Shown here piece by piece: positions 19,662 to 29,344 of a DNA stretch of 64,000 bases; the stretch's first letter is position 1; every line of letters starts with the position of its first letter. The DNA is taken from the NCBI GenBank assembly GCA_963668675.2, contig CAXXMB010000002.1, positions 736,001-800,000 on the forward strand. The letters are read 5' to 3'. This DNA is from an uncultured Desulfatitalea sp. Its GTDB lineage: Bacteria; Desulfobacterota; Desulfobacteria; Desulfobacterales; Desulfosarcinaceae. Made by a program: the position numbers and the translations under genes. Under the pieces are notes generated by a model, which was not told where the DNA came from, did no database searches, and worked only from the letters and a program-made list of their open reading frames with translations.

Positions 19662-21020
19662 ATGGTGGCATCACAACGATACCATGTAGCGGCCGGCACT
19701 TTTCAGGCCAGCTCCCCCCAGCCCTTGTTGCTGCAAGCCTATCTGGGCACCTGCGTGGGGCTGTCGCTCTACTGCAAAAAAACCGGTATTGGCGGCATGA
19801 TCCACCTGCTGTTGCCCGAGCCCGTATCCATGTCCAGCGTGAACCAACCGGAAAAGTATGCCTCCACCGGTGTTCCCATGTTTATCGAAGCGCTTGTGGA
19901 GATGGGGGCCAAACGGGAATCCCTGGTGGCCATCATTGCAGGAGGCGCCTTGGTCGGGCCGGTGAGCAACCAGGACCTTGCCCTGGACATCGGCGGCCGT
20001 ACGGCGGACAGGGTCCGCGAGGTGCTGGATGCCAATAAAATTGAGGTGGCACAATCGGAAACCGGCGGCTTCTTCACCTGCTGCCTCAGCATCGACATGG
20101 ACAACGGCCACTGTACCATCGAACCGGCCGGCCAAAACAAGTTGGTATGCGATGAAAAAGTCCAGGTGCCTACCATGGATGAGATAAAAACCGCCGCCAA
20201 ACATCTGCAGCCGATCCCCCAAGTCGCGCTGAAAGTCCTTCGCCTGATCGACGAAGAGGATCGGGGCATCGGCCGGATTGCCGACGAGATCCGCAAGGAT
20301 CAGGTCATCACCGCACGAACGCTCAGCCTGGCCAACTCGGCCCTCTTCACGAAAAAGAAGGAGATCGAGTCGCTGGACCACGCCCTGGTCTTTCTGGGGC
20401 AGGAGCAGTTGGTCAAACTGATCATCTCAGCTGCCGTGCAGAGCTTCTTCGAGCAATCTTCCCTCGGATACTCGCTCTGCAAGGGGGGGCTCTATCACCA
20501 TGCGGTCGGTTGCGCCCAGGTGGCCGAGGCCCTGGCCAGGAAAACCGAAAAGGTGTCGCCCCAAAAAGCTTACACTGCCGGGCTGCTCCACGACATCGGC
20601 AAGGTGGTTCTGGACCAATACGTCGCCCCTGCATATCCGCTCTTCTACCGACGGGCCATGGAGGGCAGCGAGAACGTCCAGGACGTTGAAAAGCGCCTGC
20701 TGGGTACCGACCACACCCGGGTTGGGCAGATGCTGGCCAAACAGTGGTCCTTTCCCGATTCACTCGTTCACACTGTCCGGTACCACCACTCCCCTGGCAA
20801 GGAGAGTCCCCACACCCTCCTTGCCACTGTCGTCTATCTTGCCGATCTGCTCCTGTCGCGGTTCCAAATCGGTCTTGAAATCGAACGTCTCGACACCGAA
20901 ACCCTCTCAGACCACATGGCAAAACTCGACTTGCATACCGACAATTTTGCCCATCTGGTCGACCTGATTCCGAGTGCGGTTTTTCACGATACAGCCGAGG
21001 CCTCTTCGGAGTCCGTTTAA
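19662..21020 (+). CDS. CheD-like deamidase fused to an HDOD domain
   Basis: N-terminal LGTCVG...GGMIHLLLP...KYA...AGGA...DIG; C-terminal PIPQVA...LANSA...AGLLHDIGK. Confidence 0.85.
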   Translation: MVASQRYHVAAGTFQASSPQPLLLQAYLGTCVGLSLYCKKTGIGGMIHLLLPEPVSMSSVNQPEKYASTGVPMFIEALVEMGAKRESLVAIIAGGALVGPVSNQDLALDIGGRTADRVREVLDANKIEVAQSETGGFFTCCLSIDMDNGHCTIEPAGQNKLVCDEKVQVPTMDEIKTAAKHLQPIPQVALKVLRLIDEEDRGIGRIADEIRKDQVITARTLSLANSALFTKKKEIESLDHALVFLGQEQLVKLIISAAVQSFFEQSSLGYSLCKGGLYHHAVGCAQVAEALARKTEKVSPQKAYTAGLLHDIGKVVLDQYVAPAYPLFYRRAMEGSENVQDVEKRLLGTDHTRVGQMLAKQWSFPDSLVHTVRYHHSPGKESPHTLLATVVYLADLLLSRFQIGLEIERLDTETLSDHMAKLDLHTDNFAHLVDLIPSAVFHDTAEASSESV

Positions 21021-21043
21021 AAAGGGAGCTTCAGATTAAAACC

Positions 21044-22471
21044 ATGCCGATCAGCGACCAACAGCAAAACCTGCTCCGCCGTCTTCCCAAAGTCGATCAC
21101 CTGATCAATCTGGCAAGCAACGAAGCGTCCCTGCAAAAGATTCCCAAATCACTGCTGGTACGCACCATCAGGGGGACACTGGAACAGCTGCGTCACCAAA
21201 TCCTGGTAGAACCTGATACCGTCGACAATGAAACCTGTGCACCTTCCGGATTGATCACCCTGATCGCCGAAAGGGCCATCAGCTCCCAGTCCTTCAACCT
21301 GAAGCGCACCGTCAATGCAACCGGCGTGGTGGTGCACACCAATCTGGGACGATCCCTGCTCGCAAAGGAGGCCATCGAGCATCTGGCCACCATCTCCAGC
21401 CGCTATTCCAATCTTGAGTTTGACTTGCGCGCGGGGCGGCGTGGATCGCGCTACAGCGCCGTCGAAGAGATCCTTTGCGAACTGAGCGGCGCAGAGGCCG
21501 CACTGGTCGTCAACAACAACGCCGCGGCGGTCCTGCTGTGCCTCGACACGCTTGCCAGGGGTAAAGAGGTCATCATCTCCCGGGGAGAACTCGTCGAGAT
21601 CGGCGGATCGTTCAGAATCCCCGACGTGATGATGAAGAGCGGTGCCATACTCAAGGAGGTGGGTACGACCAACCGGACCCATCTCAAGGACTACCAGAAC
21701 GCCATCTCTAACGAAACGGGCCTGCTGCTCAAAGTTCATGCAAGCAACTACAGCATCGTTGGCTTCACCGCCGCCGTACCCCTCGAGCAGATGGTCACCC
21801 TCGGGGAGCAGTTCAACCTGCCGGTGATGGAAGATCTGGGCAGCGGCAATTTCATCGACCTCTCACGCCATGGTCTTGCCGCCGAACCCACCGTGCAAGC
21901 TTCGGTGGCGGCCGGCATCGACGTGGTGACCTTCAGCGGAGACAAGCTGCTCGGTGGCCCCCAGGCCGGTCTGATCGTGGGCAGACGATCGATACTCGAA
22001 CGCATCAAAACCAACCCGCTGACCCGCGCACTGCGCATCGACAAAATGACCCTGGCCGCCTTGGAGGCAACCCTGCGCTTGTACCGGGATGAATCTGAAG
22101 CCACCTCCCGGATTCCGACCCTCAGGATGCTTTTGGCCCGATACCCCGAAATGGAGGCGCATGCGCATCGCCTGGAAGAGGCGTTGCTCGGACTCGGCCA
22201 GGATCGGTTGAAAGTGGAGCTGATCGACCTGCCCTCCAAAGCAGGCGGAGGGGCCCTTCCATTGTTGGCGCTGGATAGTTGCTGCGTCTGCATCCGCATA
22301 GAGGGGATCTCGACGAACCGGATCGAATCGGCACTGCGCAGCGGCTCACCACCGATTATCGGACGGATAGAAAACGAACTGTTCATCATGGACCCGCGCA
22401 CCATCCAAGACGATGAGATTGAGATCATTGTGGATGCATTTAAGCGGCTCTTGACGGAGACCGAAGGGTAG
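21044..22471 (+). CDS. selA: L-seryl-tRNA(Sec) selenium transferase
   Basis: NATGVVVHTNLGRS, VNNNAAA, ELVEIGGSFRIPD and FSGDKLLGGPQAG motifs. Confidence 0.97.
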   Translation: MPISDQQQNLLRRLPKVDHLINLASNEASLQKIPKSLLVRTIRGTLEQLRHQILVEPDTVDNETCAPSGLITLIAERAISSQSFNLKRTVNATGVVVHTNLGRSLLAKEAIEHLATISSRYSNLEFDLRAGRRGSRYSAVEEILCELSGAEAALVVNNNAAAVLLCLDTLARGKEVIISRGELVEIGGSFRIPDVMMKSGAILKEVGTTNRTHLKDYQNAISNETGLLLKVHASNYSIVGFTAAVPLEQMVTLGEQFNLPVMEDLGSGNFIDLSRHGLAAEPTVQASVAAGIDVVTFSGDKLLGGPQAGLIVGRRSILERIKTNPLTRALRIDKMTLAALEATLRLYRDESEATSRIPTLRMLLARYPEMEAHAHRLEEALLGLGQDRLKVELIDLPSKAGGGALPLLALDSCCVCIRIEGISTNRIESALRSGSPPIIGRIENELFIMDPRTIQDDEIEIIVDAFKRLLTETEG

Positions 22472-22516
22472 ACGAATCGTGTCGATTCCCATCATAAGAC
22501 CCCATGGAGAAACCTA

Positions 22517-23863
22517 ATGGCATCTCGACCCTCTGACGCACCCACTGACGCCAACATGCAATCGCTGCTGCGCACCGGACCGGAATCGACCCTCAACGCC
22601 CGCACTGAAACGCCTGTGGCGCTGAAGGGAGACCTCTCCGTCACCACACCCCTCTTTCCACCACCCGAACTTGCCGACGATGTCGTATCGGCATTGGCCG
22701 GATGGGACCGCTTCGCAACCATGGCCATCCATATCGATATCCGAATCGATCAAGCGGACCCCGCCGCAGAAGAGCACGACCTGAATGACGCCATCGAGAC
22801 GTGCCTGGCATCGATGGCACGAAACGACGAAACAGTATGGACCCGCTGGGACAGCGCCCTATACGGCTTCGCCGTAAAAGGGGCCGATGCTGAATCAGCC
22901 GACCGACTGGCGAGACAGATACAGGAAGAACTGGCTGAAAAGTATCTCGACACCGTCTCCATCGGTATCTCCGAGTTCCCCCTCCACAATTATGACCGTG
23001 AGACAGCCCTGCGCAATGCCTGCAAAGCGCTGGACCATGCCGCCTTTTTCGGCCCCGGCAGCACGGTCCGCTTCGATGCCGTCAGCCTGAACATCAGTGG
23101 CGACCACGCCTACCAGGACGGACGCATGCAAGCCGCCATCGATGAGTATCGCGCCGCCTTGCAGCTGGATGAAAAAGACGTCAATGTACACAACAGCCTG
23201 GGGGTCTGCCTGGCCCAAACCGGCGAGGTGGACGCGGCGCGCACCTGCTTTGAAACCTCCCTCTCCATCGATCCAGAAGAGGCTATGGCCGCTTATAATT
23301 TGGGGGTTCTCAGTCTGCTCGAGCAAAAAAAACAAGATGCCATGCGTCACTTTCAGACAGCCTATGCTGCCGACGATCATATTTTCGACATCCCTTTTCA
23401 AATCGGAAAGTTGCTCACCGAAGAGACCAACTTCGAAGAGGCCCTGGGTTATCTGGAGTCGGCCGTTCTGCTCTGCCAGACATCCGCACCGGCATACAGC
23501 TGCCTGGGCCAATGTCTAAAAGAGTTGGGTCGTGACCGGGAGGCGATCAACGCTTACAAAAGGGCGGTGAAGATCAACCCCAACGATGCCGCCACCCTCT
23601 CCACCCTGGCGATCCTCTATGATGCCAGGGGAGAAAACCCCGAAATCTGCCTCACCTTCGGACGCCAAAGCGTGGACCTCGCCCCGGAAAACGGGGAGTT
23701 CAGGATGCGGCTTGCCGACCTGCTTCAAAAATACAACCTCCTCGATCAAGCCCTGTCTGAATACGAATCTGCAGCCGAACTGGGGCAGGCGTCCGGGCAT
23801 CAAATCGCCGAAATTCAAGCCCGAATAGAGGCCAACGAAGAGAAAAAGAAGAGATGCGCGTAG
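22517..23863 (+). CDS. Degenerate GGDEF-like domain plus TPR repeats
   Basis: TVSIGISEFP...ACKALDHA C-terminal GGDEF-like signature but no GGDEF motif; about six TPRs follow. Confidence 0.75.
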   Translation: MASRPSDAPTDANMQSLLRTGPESTLNARTETPVALKGDLSVTTPLFPPPELADDVVSALAGWDRFATMAIHIDIRIDQADPAAEEHDLNDAIETCLASMARNDETVWTRWDSALYGFAVKGADAESADRLARQIQEELAEKYLDTVSIGISEFPLHNYDRETALRNACKALDHAAFFGPGSTVRFDAVSLNISGDHAYQDGRMQAAIDEYRAALQLDEKDVNVHNSLGVCLAQTGEVDAARTCFETSLSIDPEEAMAAYNLGVLSLLEQKKQDAMRHFQTAYAADDHIFDIPFQIGKLLTEETNFEEALGYLESAVLLCQTSAPAYSCLGQCLKELGRDREAINAYKRAVKINPNDAATLSTLAILYDARGENPEICLTFGRQSVDLAPENGEFRMRLADLLQKYNLLDQALSEYESAAELGQASGHQIAEIQARIEANEEKKKRCA

Positions 23864-24055
23864 GCGCTAGGCCAGAACCCACTATTTGGTGATTAAACCG
23901 GAACCGGCCTCTTTGCCGACACCTTCAGCGACTTGCATTTTAAGGGAACAATCGTTATACATGGAGGGTTTTCGTATCGCTTTTAATAGCGGAACAGAGA
24001 TTCGGAAACCGGTTGCTCGCTATGGCGACTGGATATCCATCAAGGAGAATTGAAT

Positions 24056-24295
24056 ATGCCTATCTATGAATATCACTGCAATGAGTGCGGGAAAGAGTTT
24101 GAGAAACTGGTTTTCGGTGATGAGTGCCCGGCATGCCCTTCCTGCGAAAGTGATAAGGTGTGTCGCCTGATGTCCCGCTGCGGATTTAAGTCCACGCGCT
24201 CCCTCAGCGACTTCCCGACGTCGTCCGCCTCATCATCCTCCTCCTCATCTTGTGGGGGGTGTACGGCCTCGAGCTGTGCGGGTTGCGGCCACTGA
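24056..24295 (+). CDS. FmdB family zinc-ribbon protein
   Basis: MPIYEYHCNECG...CPSC; Ser-rich tail ending CGGC...CAGC; AGGAG RBS. Confidence 0.88.
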   Translation: MPIYEYHCNECGKEFEKLVFGDECPACPSCESDKVCRLMSRCGFKSTRSLSDFPTSSASSSSSSSCGGCTASSCAGCGH

Positions 24296-25224
24296 TGAAG
24301 GCGTCTCTGCGTATCGGGACCAGGGGGAGCCAACTGGCATTGTGGCAGGCGCGCTGGGTTCAGGCCGCCATTATGAGGCAGCAGCCTGATGTCGAGGTGG
24401 ATCTGGTCATCATCAAGACCCAGGGCGACAAGATCCTCGACGTGCCATTGGCACAGGTCGGCGGCAAGGGGCTCTTCGTCAAGGAGATTGAAGAGGCCCT
24501 GCTGGACGGCCGCATCGACCTGGCCGTGCACAGCATGAAGGACATGCCTGCCGAATTGCCCGAAGGGTTGACGATCTGTGCCATTCCGAAGCGGGAAAAC
24601 CCGCTGGATGCGCTGATCTCGGTTCGCTACAACAGCATAGACCATCTGCCCGAAGGCGCCCGCGTGGGTACCAGCAGCCTGCGTCGCTCTGCCCAACTCA
24701 AACATCTGCGTCCGGACCTTGTCATCGTGCCGCTGCGCGGCAATCTGGATACACGACTGAAAAAGCTGGAGACCACGGATCTTGATGCGATTGTCCTGGC
24801 GGCGGCCGGACTGATGCGACTCGGTTTGGGCCACCGAATCACCGCCTATTTGACCGATGAGCAGATGCTGCCGGCAGTGGGGCAAGGGGCCCTGTGCATT
24901 GAAACACGGGATGCCGACCCTGATGTGCAGTCGATCATCGAATCGCTCGACGACCCCGGCACCCGCACTGCCGTGATGGCCGAACGCGCCTTTTTAAAGC
25001 GCCTCGAAGGGGGCTGTCAGGTCCCCATTGCCGGCCATGCGAAAGCAGAGGGGGCGACAGTGTCTCTATGCGGGCTGGTGGCCGACCTCGACGGACGGAC
25101 GATCATTAAAAACACCATGACCGGTCAAGCCGAACGCGCTGACCGATTGGGACGCTCCCTGGGGGAAGATCTGTTAAAGAGAGGGGCGGGCCCTATATTG
25201 GAAGGTTTACAAAAAGATGGCTGA
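24295..25224 (+). CDS. hemC: Hydroxymethylbilane synthase
   Basis: IGTRGSQLALWQ, GKGLFVKE, AVHSMKD, GTSSLRR and EGGCQVP motifs; TGATG coupling to the upstream gene. Confidence 0.97.
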   Translation: MKASLRIGTRGSQLALWQARWVQAAIMRQQPDVEVDLVIIKTQGDKILDVPLAQVGGKGLFVKEIEEALLDGRIDLAVHSMKDMPAELPEGLTICAIPKRENPLDALISVRYNSIDHLPEGARVGTSSLRRSAQLKHLRPDLVIVPLRGNLDTRLKKLETTDLDAIVLAAAGLMRLGLGHRITAYLTDEQMLPAVGQGALCIETRDADPDVQSIIESLDDPGTRTAVMAERAFLKRLEGGCQVPIAGHAKAEGATVSLCGLVADLDGRTIIKNTMTGQAERADRLGRSLGEDLLKRGAGPILEGLQKDG

Positions 25225-26752
25225 CAAAACGCAATCCGGAAAGGTCTTCCTCGTCGGAGCGGGTCCCGGAGATCCGGAGCTGCTCACGCTGAAGGGCCAG
25301 CGCTGCATCGCCCGGGCCGATGTATTGATTTACGACTACCTGGCCGCCCGGACCCTGCTGGCCCATGCCCGTCCGGGATGCGAATGTATCTATGTGGGCA
25401 AAAAGGGAGGCGATCACACCCTGGCTCAGGAGGGCATCAACCAGCTGCTGGTGGAAAAGGCCCGTGAGGGCAATATCGTCACCCGGCTCAAGGGGGGCGA
25501 TCCCTTTATCTTCGGACGCGGCGGGGAGGAGGCCGAAGTGCTCCAGAAGGCCGGCATCGATTTCGAGATCGTGCCTGGCGTCACCTCGGCCATTGCCGCG
25601 CCGGCCTATGCGGGCATCCCCCTGACCCATCGTCAGTTCACCAGCACGGTTGCATTTGTCACCGGCCATGAGGATCCGGCCAAAGAGGGCTCCAATATCG
25701 ACTGGGCAGCCCTGGCCAAAGGCATCGGCACCCTGGTCTTTCTCATGGGGGTTAAGAATCTGCCCCACATCGTGGATCAATTGAGACAGCATGGCCGCTC
25801 GGCTGACACACCCGTCGCCCTCGTGCGGTGGGGCAGCACTGCACAGCAGCGCACCGTCACCGGCACCTTGGCTGATATTGTCGAGCGAACTCGCGCGGCA
25901 GGGATCAAGGCGCCGGCCATCATCGTGGTCGGCGAAGTGGTCACGTTACGCGAAACCCTTCAATGGTTTGAAAAGCGACCCCTTCTGGGCAAGCGCATCG
26001 TGGTCACCCGTGCGCGGGTCCAGGCCAGTGACCTGGTCGAGCGGCTCAGAGAGCTGGGCGCGGAGTGCATGGAGTGCCCCACCATCCAGGTGGTGCCGCC
26101 TGAGAGTTGGGACAAGCTGGATGCCGCCTTGGGGCGGTTGCCGTCGTACGACTGGCTGGTCTTTACCAGCGTCAACGGCGTGGACCATTTTTTCCAACGC
26201 CTTACCCAAAAAGGCCTGGATACGCGTGCATTGGGCCATCTGCGCACTGCCGCCATCGGGCCGGCCACCGCCCGCCGCCTTGGCCGGCATGGCCTGAACA
26301 CCGATATACTTCCCAGCACCTACCAGGCCGAATCGGTGGTGGAGGCTTTCTCCCAACAGCCGATAAAGGGCAAAAGGATACTCTTGCCGCGCGCCATGGA
26401 AGCACGCACCATTCTGCCCGATTCGCTAACCGATATGGGTGCTGCCGTCGATGAGATCGCCGTCTACCGCACGGTGCAATCCAGTGAAGATGCCCCCCTG
26501 CTGATAAAAGAGCTCCAGGCGGGCGCCATTGACATGGTCACCTTCACCAGCTCTTCCACCGTCAGCAACTTCAAAGCCCTGCTACCGGAAGCGTTCGATC
26601 CGGCGCTGATTGAAAAAGTGGCGGTTGCCTGCATCGGCGATATTACGGCGGATACAGCCAAACGGCTTGGATTCAAGGTCGATATCACGGCGGAGGTCTT
26701 CACCATTGAAGGTCTGTGCGAAGCCATCGAGCGCTACTACCGGACGTCATAG
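25217..26752 (+). CDS. cobA: Fused uroporphyrinogen-III C-methyltransferase / synthase (CobA-HemD)
   Basis: VGAGPGDPELLT and RLKGGDPFIFGRGGEE; HemD half VVTRA, FTSVNGV, AIGPAT. Confidence 0.95.
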   Translation: MADKTQSGKVFLVGAGPGDPELLTLKGQRCIARADVLIYDYLAARTLLAHARPGCECIYVGKKGGDHTLAQEGINQLLVEKAREGNIVTRLKGGDPFIFGRGGEEAEVLQKAGIDFEIVPGVTSAIAAPAYAGIPLTHRQFTSTVAFVTGHEDPAKEGSNIDWAALAKGIGTLVFLMGVKNLPHIVDQLRQHGRSADTPVALVRWGSTAQQRTVTGTLADIVERTRAAGIKAPAIIVVGEVVTLRETLQWFEKRPLLGKRIVVTRARVQASDLVERLRELGAECMECPTIQVVPPESWDKLDAALGRLPSYDWLVFTSVNGVDHFFQRLTQKGLDTRALGHLRTAAIGPATARRLGRHGLNTDILPSTYQAESVVEAFSQQPIKGKRILLPRAMEARTILPDSLTDMGAAVDEIAVYRTVQSSEDAPLLIKELQAGAIDMVTFTSSSTVSNFKALLPEAFDPALIEKVAVACIGDITADTAKRLGFKVDITAEVFTIEGLCEAIERYYRTS

Positions 26753-26999
26753 CCGCACAAAAAACGGAACCCCTTCCAAGGATTGATTCTAAAGGAATCG
26801 CGTCACCCGAAATCTGTCTCCCAACGTCGCTTTTCGATCAGAAAAGCGGTTGACCCTAAAGGCAAAAGGATTGTAGTTTAAGGAAAGCCATTTCCTGCTC
26901 TTGGACCACACGCCAAAAATGGTCGCACAATCCTCCGACTACCTGAGGCCATTTCGCTATCAAACCAGGAGCCCTGTGTTTATCGGGCCGGAGAGGTCA

Positions 27000-28157
27000 A
27001 TGTCGGGCTATATCGACAAATTGCCGCAATACGTCAATGTCCTGCGCGAGATGATGGAGACCCTCATCACCAACACGGTCCTTGTCGGCCAAGTACCTGC
27101 GCCCACTTTCGAAGAGCAGGCGAGGGCGGATCTTTTCCTCGAGCGGCTTTCGGAGTTCCCGGTGGATGAGTGCACCACCGACGGATTTTCAAACCCCATC
27201 GGCATCATCCGGGGCAGTTCCCGCTCCCGGCATCCGATTTTTGTTGTGGCGCATATGGATTCACCTTTCGGCAAGGAGGTGGACCATCACTACACAGTGA
27301 GCAAGAACGCGATCACCGGTGTGGGTGTCTTGGACAACGCCCTGGGGGTGGGAGTACTTCTCTCTCTTCCTGAAATCTTCCGCAGGCTCGACCTGAGTTT
27401 CGAATCGGACATCATTCTGGCCGGCGTGATTCAATCCATCGGCAAAGGCAATCTGCGCGGTATACGCCATCTGCTCAAGACATGGTCCACCCCGATCCGC
27501 GGAGCGGTATGCATTGAAAGCGGGGAACTGGGCCGCTTGAACTACTACGCCGACGGAATGATTCGAAGTGAGATTACCTGCCAGGTGGATCCCGACCGGG
27601 AGCGATCGCAACGTTTCATACCCAATGCCATTCTGATCCTCAACGAAGCCATCAACCAGATCATGGCCCTGCGATTACCGCTCAAACCAAGGACGAAGAT
27701 CATCTTCGGCACCATCCAGGGTGGTTTAAAACACGGTCAAATCGCCCATGAAGCAACGCTCGGGCTGGAGATAAGAAGCGATGCGGACGCCATGGTCAAG
27801 GAGATATATTCGGATATTCGCGATATTGTTGCCGGTATCCGCCATGAATATGGCGTCGAGTTAAACCTGGAGCGGGTGAGCAACCGACGGGCGGCAAGCC
27901 TCAAATACAACCATCCGCTTGTAAAAACCGTCGTTACCATTATGAAAAAGCTGGAACTGGAGCCGTTCAGCGAGCCCAGTGAATCGGAGTTGTCCATCTT
28001 TCTCTCCCGCAACATCCCGGCCGTGACCCTGGGGGTCACCTCCGGTGAAGGATACCAACAACCCGATGCGACCATGCGGATCGAGCCGATGTTCAAAGGC
28101 ATCGCCCAGATTCTCGGGACGATCATGGCGATCGATAGCGGCGCGTGTGATGGGTAG
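27000..28157 (+). CDS. M20/M28 metallopeptidase-fold protein, atypical metal site
   Basis: PAPTFEE, AHMD and LDN motifs plus a dimerisation domain; ATG at 27000 has a GAGAGG RBS. Confidence 0.75.
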   Translation: MSGYIDKLPQYVNVLREMMETLITNTVLVGQVPAPTFEEQARADLFLERLSEFPVDECTTDGFSNPIGIIRGSSRSRHPIFVVAHMDSPFGKEVDHHYTVSKNAITGVGVLDNALGVGVLLSLPEIFRRLDLSFESDIILAGVIQSIGKGNLRGIRHLLKTWSTPIRGAVCIESGELGRLNYYADGMIRSEITCQVDPDRERSQRFIPNAILILNEAINQIMALRLPLKPRTKIIFGTIQGGLKHGQIAHEATLGLEIRSDADAMVKEIYSDIRDIVAGIRHEYGVELNLERVSNRRAASLKYNHPLVKTVVTIMKKLELEPFSEPSESELSIFLSRNIPAVTLGVTSGEGYQQPDATMRIEPMFKGIAQILGTIMAIDSGACDG

Positions 28158-28163
28158 CAGCGC

Positions 28164-29168
28164 ATGAAAGACACCTGGATCAAAAGCAACACCTTCCACT
28201 ACAAGGCGTTTTGCGACCTGAACCGGCTGGTGGCCATCAAGGAGCAAAAGGGCCTTAAGATCTCCTTATGTCTGCCGACGCTCAACGAAGAGAAAACCAT
28301 CGCCAAAGAGATTGTCATCTTCAAATCGGAATTGATGTCCCGCTATCCTCTTCTGGATGAAATTGTCGTCGTGGACTCCGGTTCGAAAGACAACACCCGT
28401 GATATCGCACGCACTTACGGCGCCGATGTCTATCAAGCATCCGATATCCTGCCCCACCTGACGCCCTATACCGGGAAAGGTGAAAATCTCTGGAAAGCCC
28501 TGCATGTCACCCGCGGCGATATCATCGTCTATCTGGATGCCGACATCAAAAACATTCACCATCGATTTGCCTACGGCCTCATCGGGCCCCTGCTCGAGAA
28601 CGATCAAATCAAGTATACCAAAGCCTTTTACGACCGTCCCATTGCGACCCGCGACAAAATCATCCGCCCGACAGGCGGCGGACGTGTCACCGAACTTGTC
28701 ATTCGCCCGCTTTTCTCTCTTTTCTTCCCCGATTTAACCCAAATCTTGCAGCCGCTATCAGGGGAGTATGCCGGGTTTCGCGAGGTGTTCGAACAGCTTC
28801 CCTTCCCCATCGGTTACGGCGTCGAGACCAGCATGATACTGGACATCTACCATAAGTGGGGCCTCGATATCATGGCCCAGGTCGATCTCGAGAAACGCAT
28901 CCATCGCAATCAGGATACCAAGGCACTGGGGAAGATGGCGTTCGCCATCATAAAAACGTTTATCAACCGCAAAGTCGCTTTGGGCATGATCGGCCTGGAG
29001 AACGGCATGCATGACGAAATGATTCAGTATAATCTCGTAAAAGGCGCCATCGAACCGGATATCGTCGAGATCAAAGGCCTGGAGCGCCCGCCCATCATCG
29101 AAATCCCCGAGTATCGTGAAAGATACAAATCACTGCCGCCGAACGATCCGCCGCCACATGATCCCTAA
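28164..29168 (+). CDS. gpgS: Glucosyl-3-phosphoglycerate synthase (GT81)
   Basis: LPTLNEEKTI, GKGENLW, YLDAD, GGRVTEL, QPLSGEYA and GYGVE motifs. Confidence 0.9.
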   Translation: MKDTWIKSNTFHYKAFCDLNRLVAIKEQKGLKISLCLPTLNEEKTIAKEIVIFKSELMSRYPLLDEIVVVDSGSKDNTRDIARTYGADVYQASDILPHLTPYTGKGENLWKALHVTRGDIIVYLDADIKNIHHRFAYGLIGPLLENDQIKYTKAFYDRPIATRDKIIRPTGGGRVTELVIRPLFSLFFPDLTQILQPLSGEYAGFREVFEQLPFPIGYGVETSMILDIYHKWGLDIMAQVDLEKRIHRNQDTKALGKMAFAIIKTFINRKVALGMIGLENGMHDEMIQYNLVKGAIEPDIVEIKGLERPPIIEIPEYRERYKSLPPNDPPPHDP

Positions 29169-29344
29169 GATCCGCCACTATCGGCTTGCCTCAAGCCTGC
29201 GATTGTGATAAATATCCTTGATATAAGTAAAAACTCAGAGCTGTGGGGGTGACGGCTGCTTCAATTTACCTGCACAACAAATTGAAGCAGTGGGTTTTTA
29301 CTTGCGTTTTCTATTGGTCCGGAGCTGAAACGACGAGGTTGGAC

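Noticed and set aside
21044..24295. tRNA-Sec or UGA-readthrough selenoproteins near selA
   Set aside because: No tRNA cloverleaf recognised; the TGA of the zinc-ribbon gene overlaps the hemC start and behaves as a normal stop
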